45,433 nucleotides of DNA from an uncultured Candidatus Saccharibacteria bacterium (lineage in GTDB: Bacteria > Patescibacteriota > Doudnabacteria > UBA920 > 2-01-FULL-46-14): positions 89,426 to 134,858 of the forward strand of contig CAYHVH010000001.1 in the NCBI GenBank assembly GCA_964360335.1, written 5' to 3'. The notes below the pieces were generated by a model that made no database searches, was not told the origin of the DNA, and saw only the letters and a program-made list of their open reading frames with translations. Each line of letters starts with the position of its first letter. Positions within the stretch are counted from its first letter, which is position 1. Positions 15,791 through 25,057 of the stretch are shown here, one piece after another. The position numbers were made by a program, and so were the translations under genes.

Positions 15791-17617
15791 TTAGACTTCA
15801 ATAACCACGGGTAGTATCATTGGCCTTCGCTCCGTCCTTTGAAATAGAAACTCCCCAACTTGGTCGCGGATTTGGTTTCTAATATAGGCCCAGTTCGGTT
15901 CGTGCGGTTTGTGGTTTTGCGTCTCCACGACCTTCCGGACTTCGTGTTTGACCTCGCGAATTAAATCCTCCGAGCCTTTCATATAGATAAACCCGCGCGA
16001 GATGATATCCGGGGAATTGACAATTCTGCCGCTGCGTCGGTCAATGGTGAGGATTACGACCACCATCCCGTCCTGGGCCATGACCTGGCGGTCCCGGAGG
16101 ACGACCTCGCCAATGTCTCCCACCCCTAAGCCATCCACGAAGATTTGAGAGAGCGGTAGCTTTTCCTGGGAGATTTTGGCACCGCGCTGGCTGACCTCCA
16201 ACACGCCGCCGTTATCCATCACAAAAATGTTTTCGTTTTTCATGCCGATGGATTGCGCGAGCTCCGCGTGGGCGACCAGAAGATAGTGTTCGCCGTGAAT
16301 CGGCAGGAAATATTTTGGCTTGGTCAGGGCAATCATCAATTTCAAATCTTCCTGACGGCCGTGGCCGGAGGAGTGGATGTCCAAGATTTTTTGGTACAGC
16401 ACGTGAGCGCCTTGGCGGGTCAAATCGTTCATGATCGCGGCAATCGCCCGTTCGTTGCCCGGGATGGGCGAGGCCGAAACCACGACTGTGTCGCCCGGCT
16501 TGATGACAATGGTTTTGTGTTCCTGGCGGGCAATCCGGGCGAGGGCCGCCGCTTCCTCGCCTTGGGAACCAGTGGTGAGAATCAGGACTTTGTTATCGGG
16601 TAAGCGCTTGGAACTATCGGCCGTAATGACGGTTTTTTTGGGGATGTGCAGGTATCCCAGATTGTGGGCAATCTCCACGGTGTCCACCATGCTCCGGCCG
16701 GTTACGACGACTTTCCGGTCGTGTTTGACAGCGGCGTCAATCGCTTGTTGGAGGCGGGAGATCAGGCTGCTGAAAGTGGCAAAAATTATCCGTCCCTGGG
16801 CGGCCTTGACTACGGTATCAATCGTTTCGCCCAGATCTTTTTCGGAGAGAGAATAGCCCGGTTCATCGGCATTGGTCGAATCGGAGAGCAAGAGATCCAC
16901 TCCTTCCCCACCAAAATTGGCGATTTTGTGGAATTCCGCCGGCTTTTCGTCCACCGGGGTATGGTCAAATTTCCAGTCCGTGGCGTAGATGACGTGCTCG
17001 GTCGGAGTTTTGATGGAAAAGCCGATGCAGTCCGGAATGTTATGGTTGAGGCGGAACACTCGGATGGTGAACGCCCCGAGTCGCAGAACGTCGTCTTTGT
17101 TGAGGATATGAATTTGACTGCGGCCTTTGAGGTGAAATTCTTCCAGCCGCTTTTCGAGAAGCGCCGCCGTGAGGCGCATGGTATAGATCGGCGGGTCGCC
17201 GAGCTTCGGAAGAATGTAGGGGGACGCGCCAATGTGGTCCAAATGGCCGTGGGTGAACAAAATACCCCGGATATTCCGCCGCCTTTCCTGGAGGTACTTG
17301 GTGTCAGGAATGACATAATCAATGCCCGGCATGGTTTCGTCGGGGAACGCCAGCCCTACGTCGATGATAATGATATCGTCCCCGTATTCGAGGACGGTCA
17401 TATTTTTGCCGACTTCCTCGACTCCCCCCATGGGAATTACGCGGAGATGGGGATCGGTTCTTTTGAACTGGGGCTGCATCGCCGCCCGCATTGCCTCCTG
17501 ACCCCGGAGGCCGGGGGTCGGTCTTGGCGCGTGGCTAGAAGCGCTGCCACGAAAACGCGGCGAGCGTAACACTCGCCTTTTTTGTCTCCCTTCGGGAGAC
17601 CTGCTGTCGGTAGACAT
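15791..17617 (-). CDS. rnj: Ribonuclease J
   Basis: GGVEEVGKNM, THGHLDHIG, DSTNA, HSSGH, PIHGE and RRPMILPVVIEV motifs. Confidence 0.97.
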   Translation of the reverse strand: MSTDSRSPEGRQKRRVLRSPRFRGSASSHAPRPTPGLRGQEAMRAAMQPQFKRTDPHLRVIPMGGVEEVGKNMTVLEYGDDIIIIDVGLAFPDETMPGIDYVIPDTKYLQERRRNIRGILFTHGHLDHIGASPYILPKLGDPPIYTMRLTAALLEKRLEEFHLKGRSQIHILNKDDVLRLGAFTIRVFRLNHNIPDCIGFSIKTPTEHVIYATDWKFDHTPVDEKPAEFHKIANFGGEGVDLLLSDSTNADEPGYSLSEKDLGETIDTVVKAAQGRIIFATFSSLISRLQQAIDAAVKHDRKVVVTGRSMVDTVEIAHNLGYLHIPKKTVITADSSKRLPDNKVLILTTGSQGEEAAALARIARQEHKTIVIKPGDTVVVSASPIPGNERAIAAIMNDLTRQGAHVLYQKILDIHSSGHGRQEDLKLMIALTKPKYFLPIHGEHYLLVAHAELAQSIGMKNENIFVMDNGGVLEVSQRGAKISQEKLPLSQIFVDGLGVGDIGEVVLRDRQVMAQDGMVVVILTIDRRSGRIVNSPDIISRGFIYMKGSEDLIREVKHEVRKVVETQNHKPHEPNWAYIRNQIRDQVGEFLFQRTERRPMILPVVIEV

Positions 17618-17916
17618 GAATAAAATAATCCTTAGTCATTCCGAATGGGCCTATAAGCCACGATCCGCAAAATGACTTTTAATAAGTAAACTTCTGGACA
17701 CAAGATTTTTATGCCCAACGTATCTACTTACTAATTCCTAAAGTTTGGCTTAGCTTTCACGATTTCGAACCTTGATAGGGTAATGGTATCAGAAAAGATG
17801 AGGGGTGTCAAGCCTCGATCGTTAGCAGCAGAAGTGTTGAGAACTGGATTGCGTTTTTGGATTTTCTGTGTTAGCATTTTTCCGTAAGTCGTAAATTTAA
17901 GAAGTTAGACAACGAA

Positions 17917-18975
17917 ATGAAAAAAAATCTGGCGGAAAAAGTTTCGGCCATAACGGTTGAGCCCGACAAATCGGTTTCCAAACTTCTGGAGGACATGGCC
18001 CGCACCGGCTTTCAGGGCCGGAAGCTGGCGGAGGTGGTCGAGGTTTGGGAAAAGATGATCAGGGCGAAGGACGTAACCATTCTTTTGGGTTATACCGGTT
18101 CGCTTTCCACGACCGGGCAGTGGAAAATTATCAATTGGCTTTTGGAGAATCACTATATTGATATTTTGGTCGCAACCGGAGCCAATCTTTCCGAAGACAT
18201 TGTTGAGGCAATGGGCCGGAGTTACTATCAAGGCAGTCATATGGTGGACAATGAATCAGTCTTTAAAGCGGGCTATAATCGCTACTATGACGTCTTTGGC
18301 AAAGAGTCAGACTATTTGGTGATGACAGAGCTTATCGCCGAGTTTATTTTGACCCTGAAGCCCAATACTCCCTATTCCTCCCGCGAGTTTTTGTACCTGT
18401 TCGGTTTGTGGCTCGGCAAAAAGGGGATTAAAAGTATTATTGCGTCAGCGGCAGAGCATAATGTCCCCGTATTTTGTCCGGCGATTATTGATAGCCCTTA
18501 TGGGGACGCGGCCTTGATCGCGAAAAGCAAAGAGTTTGATTTGATTTTGGACGGGGTCAAAGATTATGTGGAGTTTATGCGGATGAGCGAGCAGGTGAAA
18601 GATACGGGAGTGGTTTACATCGGCGGCGGGGTGCCCAAAGACTTCATCCAGCTTTTCGCGGTGACCGCGGATTTGATGTATCCGGATCGCAAAGTTCCGG
18701 GCCGCGCTCACAGCTTAAACCGTGAGGGTACCAACGAAAGCTACTATCCACACAAGTATGCCGTGCAAATTACGACTGACTCGCCGCAATGGGGAGGACT
18801 GTCGGGCTGCACCTTTGAGGAGGCCGTGACCTGGGGGAAAGAAACCTTCGCTGGCGAATTTGTGCAGTGTTATTGTGATGCGACCATTGCTCTGCCGATT
18901 GTGACCCAGGCCTTGGCTGAAAGGGTCAAGGGCAAACGGCAAGGCACGGATTTTTCCAAGTTTTTCAAGACCTGA
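17917..18975 (+). CDS. Deoxyhypusine synthase family protein (possibly homospermidine synthase)
   Basis: TGFQG, TGAN, FCPAIIDS, GGGVPKDF, GGLSGC..EAVTWGK and DATIALP motifs. Confidence 0.9.
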   Translation: MKKNLAEKVSAITVEPDKSVSKLLEDMARTGFQGRKLAEVVEVWEKMIRAKDVTILLGYTGSLSTTGQWKIINWLLENHYIDILVATGANLSEDIVEAMGRSYYQGSHMVDNESVFKAGYNRYYDVFGKESDYLVMTELIAEFILTLKPNTPYSSREFLYLFGLWLGKKGIKSIIASAAEHNVPVFCPAIIDSPYGDAALIAKSKEFDLILDGVKDYVEFMRMSEQVKDTGVVYIGGGVPKDFIQLFAVTADLMYPDRKVPGRAHSLNREGTNESYYPHKYAVQITTDSPQWGGLSGCTFEEAVTWGKETFAGEFVQCYCDATIALPIVTQALAERVKGKRQGTDFSKFFKT

Positions 18976-18998
18976 AGTTAAGACATTTTTGGACAAAC

Positions 18999-19028
18999 AA
19001 AAAGCGGCGGCTTCGGCCGCCGTTTTTT
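18999..19028. terminator. Bidirectional intrinsic terminator
   Basis: AAAAAGCGGCGG-CTTCGG-CCGCCGTTTTTT. Confidence 0.75.
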
Positions 19029-19044
19029 GGCTGGGTGGTTGATT

Positions 19045-19350
19045 TTAATCTTTCGTTTCGAACCTGGCCTCTATTTCCAAAATGTTTTCGCTTACGAGTT
19101 TGGCGCTAAATCCCATATCTTGTAATTCTGCAGAAGCAGTTTCGGCTTCCTTCTTGGTTTCAAACTCAACTCTAAAAGTGTAGGTGACAATTCCGTCTTT
19201 ACGGGTTGCGGGTCCAGACTGTTGATAAGCTTTGGCGTTTTCCCTGAAGAAAGGGATTAGCTCATTCAGGAGTGCGCTTTGGTCCTTGGCCTTAAACATC
19301 GCGGGATCAATTTCGGGAGACTGTTCCAGTGTTTGTCCGTCAAGAGGCAT
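19045..19350 (-). CDS. Hypothetical 101-aa protein
   Basis: ORF with protein-like composition ending at a terminator. Confidence 0.55.
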   Translation of the reverse strand: MPLDGQTLEQSPEIDPAMFKAKDQSALLNELIPFFRENAKAYQQSGPATRKDGIVTYTFRVEFETKKEAETASAELQDMGFSAKLVSENILEIEARFETKD

Positions 19351-19558
19351 ATTTTTTTAAGATTAGCTTTTAGCGAATTTCGGTGGACCTCGCTAAGCGT
19401 GGTGGGATATTCTAAACGTAGCACGAACGCATTTTGAAGGGAATTCTGACCGCCTCCTTCACCAACTGGCGGATCCGGCGGAACGCTCGGGCGCGGCGGA
19501 ATTTTTACCCCGTAGCGAGCTTGCTCTGCTTCGGGGCGCCCCACACCCCCTTTCCGCC

Positions 19559-19602
19559 GCGCCCTCGCATCGGCAAAATTCGCGCAACATTTCTCCGCCG
19601 AA
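19559..19602 (+). repeat. Left arm of ~45-bp imperfect inverted repeat bounding the symporter
   Basis: GCGCCCTCGCATCGGCAAAATTCGCGCAACATTTCTCCGCCGAA, similar to the reverse complement of 21022-21066. Confidence 0.7.
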
Positions 19603-19614
19603 AGTTCTTTAAAA

Positions 19615-21006
19615 CTACAACGATGAAGAGAGTGTCGTCAACCTTCGCGAAGCGAAAAAATTGACGACGAAAAATGTAATAAAGCTCACAATCAAGCCGG
19701 GAATAAACGCTTGAACAGGGTCAATGAACAAAAACGCGACAATGGTAAGAAATCCTAAAATGATGCTCCAAAGAGCCGCTGTGCTTGTCGCCTTCTTCCA
19801 GTAAAAGCCGAACACAATAGCAGGAAGAAGTGCGACATAAAAACTAACTGCCTCAATAGACAAATGAACAATATTGAAAACAATAAGAGCAACAGAAAGT
19901 CCGACAACGCCGAGTACCAAAGTGACCCAGCGACTCATTTGGAGCACTTTTTCTGGCGGGAGTTCTTTGCGGAAAGTTTTGTGATAAATGTCATGGACGA
20001 CCGTCATACTCGTAACGAGCAACACCGTATCGGCAGACGACATAATCGCCGCAAAGAATCCCGCAAGAACAATTCCGAGCAGTCCGGCGGGCAAAAGAGT
20101 TGTGATAAGGTCCGCGACAATAAGATTAGAGTGAGCGTCAGGCAAAAGAATTTTGCCGAAAATTCCGAAAAGCGTCGCCATAGTGAGAAACAAAAGAACA
20201 AGGATACTGGATATTTTCATTGCCCACCGGACATTTTTTGTGGTGTCGGCGGCGTAAGCGCGTTGCCACATATCGGCGCTTGTGAGTGCGCCGGCTCCAA
20301 GAAAGAAGAAAGCAAGAATCATCACGTAGAGCGGCGCGAAATCAGTGCCAATAAGAAAAGATTGCGGGAGCGAAGCAATCGCGCCAAAGCCGCCACCCTT
20401 CATTATCACCAACGGGAGAAAAACAACTAACAAAAATAACATGACAATGAATTGAAAAACATCTGTGCGAATGTCGGCGCGCAGACCACCGACCGCAGTA
20501 TATAAAATCACGATTGCACCGCCAACGATTGTTGCAAGCGTGGGGTCAAATCCAGTAAGCGCGCCGACAAAAACTCCAATCGCCAACATTTGGAGAGCAA
20601 GAAATAAAGACCAACTGACAAGGTTAGTTATTGCGCCGGCAAGTCGGACTTTATTTGAATATCTCGCCTCAAAAAAATCCGGTAAAGTGTACGCTTTATT
20701 TACATCGCCAAACTCTTTAATTTTCGGAGCAAAAAACTTTGCAAAAATTAGAAAATATAAAAAATATGAACCAGCAATTACAAATGTTGCAAGTCCTGCA
20801 CCAGAAAAAGCTACTCCTGCATTTCCTAAAATTGCACCCGCACCGATGAAAGTGGAAAGAGTTGTGGCGACGAGTACAAATTTGTTCGTCTTTCTGCTAT
20901 TAACCCAATAGTCCTCAATCGTGAGCTTTTTCTTTTCAAAAAATCCGACCGCTAAAGTTATGAGAAAGAAAGTACCGACTATCCAAAGATCAAGTGTTGA
21001 TGTCAT
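19615..21006 (-). CDS. Sodium:solute symporter (SSS) family protein
   Basis: TLPDFFEARY, YTAVGGLRADIRTDVFQ, WQRAYAA and AAIMSSAD motifs; start ATG 21006. Confidence 0.92.
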   Translation of the reverse strand: MTSTLDLWIVGTFFLITLAVGFFEKKKLTIEDYWVNSRKTNKFVLVATTLSTFIGAGAILGNAGVAFSGAGLATFVIAGSYFLYFLIFAKFFAPKIKEFGDVNKAYTLPDFFEARYSNKVRLAGAITNLVSWSLFLALQMLAIGVFVGALTGFDPTLATIVGGAIVILYTAVGGLRADIRTDVFQFIVMLFLLVVFLPLVIMKGGGFGAIASLPQSFLIGTDFAPLYVMILAFFFLGAGALTSADMWQRAYAADTTKNVRWAMKISSILVLLFLTMATLFGIFGKILLPDAHSNLIVADLITTLLPAGLLGIVLAGFFAAIMSSADTVLLVTSMTVVHDIYHKTFRKELPPEKVLQMSRWVTLVLGVVGLSVALIVFNIVHLSIEAVSFYVALLPAIVFGFYWKKATSTAALWSIILGFLTIVAFLFIDPVQAFIPGLIVSFITFFVVNFFASRRLTTLSSSL

Positions 21007-21021
21007 AAATGTCTTTTTAGA

Positions 21022-21066
21022 TTCGGCTGGGAAGTTTTTGCGCCAATTTCCGCAAAGCGAGGGCGC
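21022..21066 (-). repeat. Right arm of inverted repeat bounding the symporter
   Basis: Minus strand GCGCCCTCGCTTTGCGGAAATTGGCGCAAAAACTTCCCAGCCGAA. Confidence 0.7.
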
Positions 21067-21081
21067 ATCAGAAGGAGGGCG

Positions 21082-21168
21082 TGGTGGGCACGGAGGGATT
21101 TGAACCCTCACGGACTAAAGTCCATACGCTCCTGAAGCGTACGCGTATACCAGTTCCGCCACGTGCCC
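21082..21168 (-). tRNA. tRNA-Leu (CAG)
   Basis: GGGCACG acceptor; TACGC-TTCAGGA-GCGTA anticodon arm; long variable arm; CCA. Confidence 0.96.
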
Positions 21169-21190
21169 TCGTCGTAGCCACCACCTAATT

Positions 21191-22888
21191 TTACTTCCTC
21201 ACCCGTTTGGTTTCAACATACCACAGGTTGATATCGGCGAACCGTTCGGCTGGTACCAGCACCGTGTTGAGCTCCGCTCCTTTGAGGCTTTGGGGCAGAT
21301 TGTAGACAAAGACACTGCGGGTCAGAAAAATGGCCGGCACGTCACCCACAAAAATTTCCTGGAACTGCCGGTATTTTTGCGCCCGTTCCGTGGCCGGCAG
21401 ATTTGTTCTGGCTTCCAGCAAAAGTCGATCCGCGGTCTTGTTGGAGAAAGTCGAAAAATTCAGGCCCGGGTCCCGCAGCTGGGAGGAGTGCCAATAGGGA
21501 TAAGGGTCGGGATCGGCGCCGACGTTTTCGATATAGAGAAGCAATTCGTAGTTTCTGGGACGGATAAATTTTTCTTCGAGATCAGCCAGGGTTTCGATAT
21601 TGAGCGAGATTTGGATGCCAATCCCTTCCCACATCTTTTTCAGGGCCTGGGCTGCCAGGACGTTCGGCGGATAATTATTATTGGTCGCCAGATTGAGAGC
21701 CAGGGTCCGGCCGAGTTTGTCCTGCCGAAAGCCAGAAGCCGGATCCAGCATCCACCCGGCTTCGTCCAAGAGAGCTTTGGCCCGGGAAATGTCAAAAAGG
21801 TTCATGTCCGCTCCCGGAATCTCCGGGTGATAGCCCAGATATCCCTCGGGGATCGGTCCGTAAGCTTCGGACCCCTGTCCGACATAGATTTCATCAATAA
21901 TTTTCTTTTTGTCCACGGCTTTCGCGAGGGCCAGCCGGACTCGCCTATCCTCCAGGGGCGCGGGATTTTTCACCCGGTTGATGAACACCGCTTGGTATTG
22001 GGGCAGCGGCAAGAAGATTTGCTGGAGAGAGGCTTTTGGTTGGATGAACAAACTTTGGTCAAAGGGAACGTAACCGAGGCCCATAATTTCTCGCGCGTGG
22101 TAGGCGTTTATGAGTTCGTCCGTGGTTTCGTAGAATTTGAAGGTCAGGGTCCGAAGGTACGGTCCCTCGCCGGAATAGCGCTCAAAAGCCCGCAACAGCA
22201 GGGAACGAATTTCCCCGCCCCGCCCCCGCTTGATTTCCGCCACCCGAAACGGCCCCGCGCCCACCGGCTCGAGATTGAACTTCGAGAGGGCAAAGGCCTC
22301 CGCGGGTACCGTTTCCCAGATATGCTTCGGCAAAATTCCCAGAGTCAGATTGGCAATGAAAGTTGTGGACGATTCTCGGATTTTCAGTTTGACAGTAAGG
22401 TGGTCGAGCTTTTCAACCTCCACTTTGGTCCAGGAGCGGCGCAAGGGGCTCCGGAGGTCAGGGTTTTGCACGGCCTGGAAGGTAAAAACCAGATCGTCGG
22501 CGGTTAAACTTAAGCCGTCGTGCCAAAACAGTCCTTCCTTGAGTTTGATCGTGTATTCCTTGCCGTCGGGGGAAACCTCTGGCAGGTTTTGGGCCAAGTC
22601 GGGGACGAGATTGAGACGATTGTCGAATTTCAAAAGCCCGGCATAGACAATCCGGGAAAGATCGAGGTCGACGTCATTGGCCGGCGCCAGCAGGGGATTC
22701 AAATTTTGGGGCTGGCCGACCAGCCCTTCCGAATAACCGCCGCCGATTTTTGGGATTTCCACCCGGCCCCGCTGATTTTGAACGAGGAGAGTCGCCGCGC
22801 TCGCAAGAAGAATTAAAATGAAAAGCAGGAGTAGTTTTTTTTCTACTCCCGAAAATAGCGACCAGAAATTTTTAAGACGAGAGAGCAA
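21191..22888 (-). CDS. Peptide ABC transporter substrate-binding protein (OppA/DppA family)
   Basis: LNPL, PDLA, WHDG..LTADD, PVGAGPF, RVRLAL and AKALLDEAGW motifs; N-terminal TM. Confidence 0.9.
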   Translation of the reverse strand: MLSRLKNFWSLFSGVEKKLLLLFILILLASAATLLVQNQRGRVEIPKIGGGYSEGLVGQPQNLNPLLAPANDVDLDLSRIVYAGLLKFDNRLNLVPDLAQNLPEVSPDGKEYTIKLKEGLFWHDGLSLTADDLVFTFQAVQNPDLRSPLRRSWTKVEVEKLDHLTVKLKIRESSTTFIANLTLGILPKHIWETVPAEAFALSKFNLEPVGAGPFRVAEIKRGRGGEIRSLLLRAFERYSGEGPYLRTLTFKFYETTDELINAYHAREIMGLGYVPFDQSLFIQPKASLQQIFLPLPQYQAVFINRVKNPAPLEDRRVRLALAKAVDKKKIIDEIYVGQGSEAYGPIPEGYLGYHPEIPGADMNLFDISRAKALLDEAGWMLDPASGFRQDKLGRTLALNLATNNNYPPNVLAAQALKKMWEGIGIQISLNIETLADLEEKFIRPRNYELLLYIENVGADPDPYPYWHSSQLRDPGLNFSTFSNKTADRLLLEARTNLPATERAQKYRQFQEIFVGDVPAIFLTRSVFVYNLPQSLKGAELNTVLVPAERFADINLWYVETKRVRK

Positions 22889-23093
22889 GGCTTACCACCC
22901 CGATAGCGACAAACAAAATGACTAGGAAGATCGTCAGGACAAACAGTCCTTTTTCCAGCCCTCGCTTGGTGCGGTAGACGTTGCCGCCGCCCCCGAATAC
23001 GGCCGAGAGTCCGGCCCCCCGATGCTGCAAGAGAATGGCCCCGACCAGCAGGACCGAAACAACAATTTGGGCGATAAAAATGGCTTTCTGCAT
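22872..23093 (-). CDS. secG: Preprotein translocase subunit SecG
   Basis: ILLQHRGAGLSAVFGG...TKRGLEK between two TMs. Confidence 0.92.
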   Translation of the reverse strand: MQKAIFIAQIVVSVLLVGAILLQHRGAGLSAVFGGGGNVYRTKRGLEKGLFVLTIFLVILFVAIGVVSLALSS

Positions 23094-23136
23094 GTAAGAT
23101 TAAGCTTAACGAAGATGAAGCTTATGGTCAACCCCG

Positions 23137-24921
23137 TTAAAGCGCTTCTTTGATTTTTTTTGCCAGGGCCGGTCCGATTTCTTTCGCTAACGCCTCAAGC
23201 GAAGTATTACGGATGGTTGATAGGGTGCCAAATCTTTGCAACAGTTTTTTCTTGGTGACCGACCCAACGCCGGAAATTTCATCTAGTCGCGAGCGAGCTC
23301 CCTCGCGGCGGTGCCGAACCCGGTAAAAGGTAATGGCAAAACGGTGGGCTTCGTCCCGGATTCGTTGCAAAAGGTGCAACATGGGGGAGTCAGGAGAAAG
23401 TCGAATGCCGTCTTTTTTCCCCGGCAGGAAAATTTCTTCCAGCCGTTTAGCCAGACCAATGACGGGAAGTTGTAAGTGGTAAGTGGAAAGTACTGAAAGC
23501 GCAGCATTCAGCTGGCCTTTGCCCCCGTCAATGATGATGAGGTCGGGCAGGGGCCAAGATTGCAACCCCTCCCTGACCCTCCCCTCATGAGGAGAGGGAG
23601 AGGAATGACTAAATCTTCTTAAAAGCATTTCTTTCATCATCCCGACGTCATCAGGTTTTTCTTTGAGCCTGATTTTGAATTTGCGGTAGTCAGTTTTTTT
23701 GGGCAGTCCCTGTTCAAAGACCACCAGCGAGCCGACTGGCAAAAATCCCTGGATATTGGAAACGTCATAAGCTTCAATCCGCCCCGGCGGCCGGGGGAGA
23801 TGGAGAAGGTTTTGGAGGTCGGTAAGAACCCGCTCGAAGGAGGCGATGGTTCGCCCGTAATAGTCCTCGGCATTTTCCTCGGCGAGCGCCAAGAGTTTGA
23901 GTTTATTACCCCTTTTGGGATTTATAATTTTTACCCAAAGCCATTTTTGCAAAGCATCGCGGTCCGGCAGCCGATACCGCGTGATTAATTCCTTCGGGAG
24001 ATTGCTGGCTTCGGAGTAGTACTGCTTGAGCCAGGATTCTAAAATTTCTTCCGGCGGCGAGCCTTCCGTTTGGGCAAGTTCAAAGGTTTCCTGGTGAATA
24101 AGCTTCCCGTCTCGGACCAGGAATAAATTAACGATTGCCCGGGGCCCGGCGACAAACAGGCCGAAATAGTCCTGGGAGAGTTTCCGGGCCGAGACGATTT
24201 TTTGTTTTTCCCAAAGGCTCTCCAGACTTTTGATTTTGTCGCGCAGGGCGGCGGCTTTTTCAAATTTGTGGTGCTCGGCGGCCGAGCGCATCTCCCGTTT
24301 CAGGGTCTTGATGAGTTCGATTTGTTTGTGATTCAGAAATTTTTCCGCCTCCATAAGGGATTTCCGGTAATCTAAAAGACTCACCCGTCCAAGACAGACG
24401 CCGGGACACCGGCCCAGGTGGTACTGAAAGCAGGCGCGGCGCGAAACTTTTTTGTTGCCGCAGAGATTAAAAAGCCGGCGCAGAAGCTTCAGGGTTTGTT
24501 TGACGGCTCCCCCCGAGGTGTAGGGGCCGAAGTATTTATTTTTAGTACTAGTTTTGTCGACTTTCCGGACCGGATAGATTTGGGGGATTTCCTGTTCATA
24601 ATCAATTTTGAGGAATTGGTAATTTTTGTCGTCGCGCAAGCGGACATTGAAGCGCGGCTGATACTGTTTGATGAGGTTATTTTCCAGCATCAAGCTTTCC
24701 AGCTCGGAGGAAACGATGATGTAGTCGAGGTCGACAAGCTCTGCCACTAGGAGCGCCGTGCGCGGCGCTTGCCCCTCCGGGCTTTTGGCAAAGTAACTGC
24801 GGATCCGGTTTTTGAGGTTTTTGGCCTTGCCGACGTACAAAACTTCGCCCCGAGCATCTTTGAACAGGTAGACTCCCGGTTTTTGCGGCAAGCGATTTAG
24901 GTTTTCCGCGGTGAGCGCCAT
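23137..24921 (-). CDS. uvrC: Excinuclease ABC subunit C
   Basis: GVY...YVGKA GIY-YIG domain, UVR domain, IEAYDVSN, IDGGKGQ and RDEAHRFA motifs. Confidence 0.97.
   Translation of the reverse strand: MALTAENLNRLPQKPGVYLFKDARGEVLYVGKAKNLKNRIRSYFAKSPEGQAPRTALLVAELVDLDYIIVSSELESLMLENNLIKQYQPRFNVRLRDDKNYQFLKIDYEQEIPQIYPVRKVDKTSTKNKYFGPYTSGGAVKQTLKLLRRLFNLCGNKKVSRRACFQYHLGRCPGVCLGRVSLLDYRKSLMEAEKFLNHKQIELIKTLKREMRSAAEHHKFEKAAALRDKIKSLESLWEKQKIVSARKLSQDYFGLFVAGPRAIVNLFLVRDGKLIHQETFELAQTEGSPPEEILESWLKQYYSEASNLPKELITRYRLPDRDALQKWLWVKIINPKRGNKLKLLALAEENAEDYYGRTIASFERVLTDLQNLLHLPRPPGRIEAYDVSNIQGFLPVGSLVVFEQGLPKKTDYRKFKIRLKEKPDDVGMMKEMLLRRFSHSSPSPHEGRVREGLQSWPLPDLIIIDGGKGQLNAALSVLSTYHLQLPVIGLAKRLEEIFLPGKKDGIRLSPDSPMLHLLQRIRDEAHRFAITFYRVRHRREGARSRLDEISGVGSVTKKKLLQRFGTLSTIRNTSLEALAKEIGPALAKKIKEAL
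23563..23603. repeat. CCCTCCCC-family palindrome, in frame in uvrC
   Basis: CAACCCCTCCCTGACCCTCCCCTCATGAGGAGAGGG; encodes SPSPHEGRVREGL. Confidence 0.7.
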
Positions 24922-24951
24922 GGCTTTTGGTCGCTAACATTATACCGACTC

Positions 24952-24980
24952 TTGACGCTTCTTGACAGCCGTGCTAAAAT
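24952..24980 (+). promoter_or_regulatory. Sigma70 promoter of uvrA
   Basis: TTGACG-17 bp-TAAAAT with TGn extension. Confidence 0.6.
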
Positions 24981-25057
24981 GGCAGTTAGTTTGTTTCCGC
25001 CCTCCCCGAGGGTCTACTCGGTTATGGGCAAAAGTCAGCTTTTAAACCAGTGTCTTT

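Noticed and set aside
21007-21111. Longer N-terminus of the SSS transporter in the ORF track
   Set aside because: Overlaps tRNA-Leu and the inverted repeat; ATG 21006 starts the first TM
21290-22507. Long antisense ORFs (405 aa here; also 16646-17569, 26858-27667, 31039-31917, 32308-33372)
   Set aside because: Shadows of well-supported genes on the opposite strand, with no motifs
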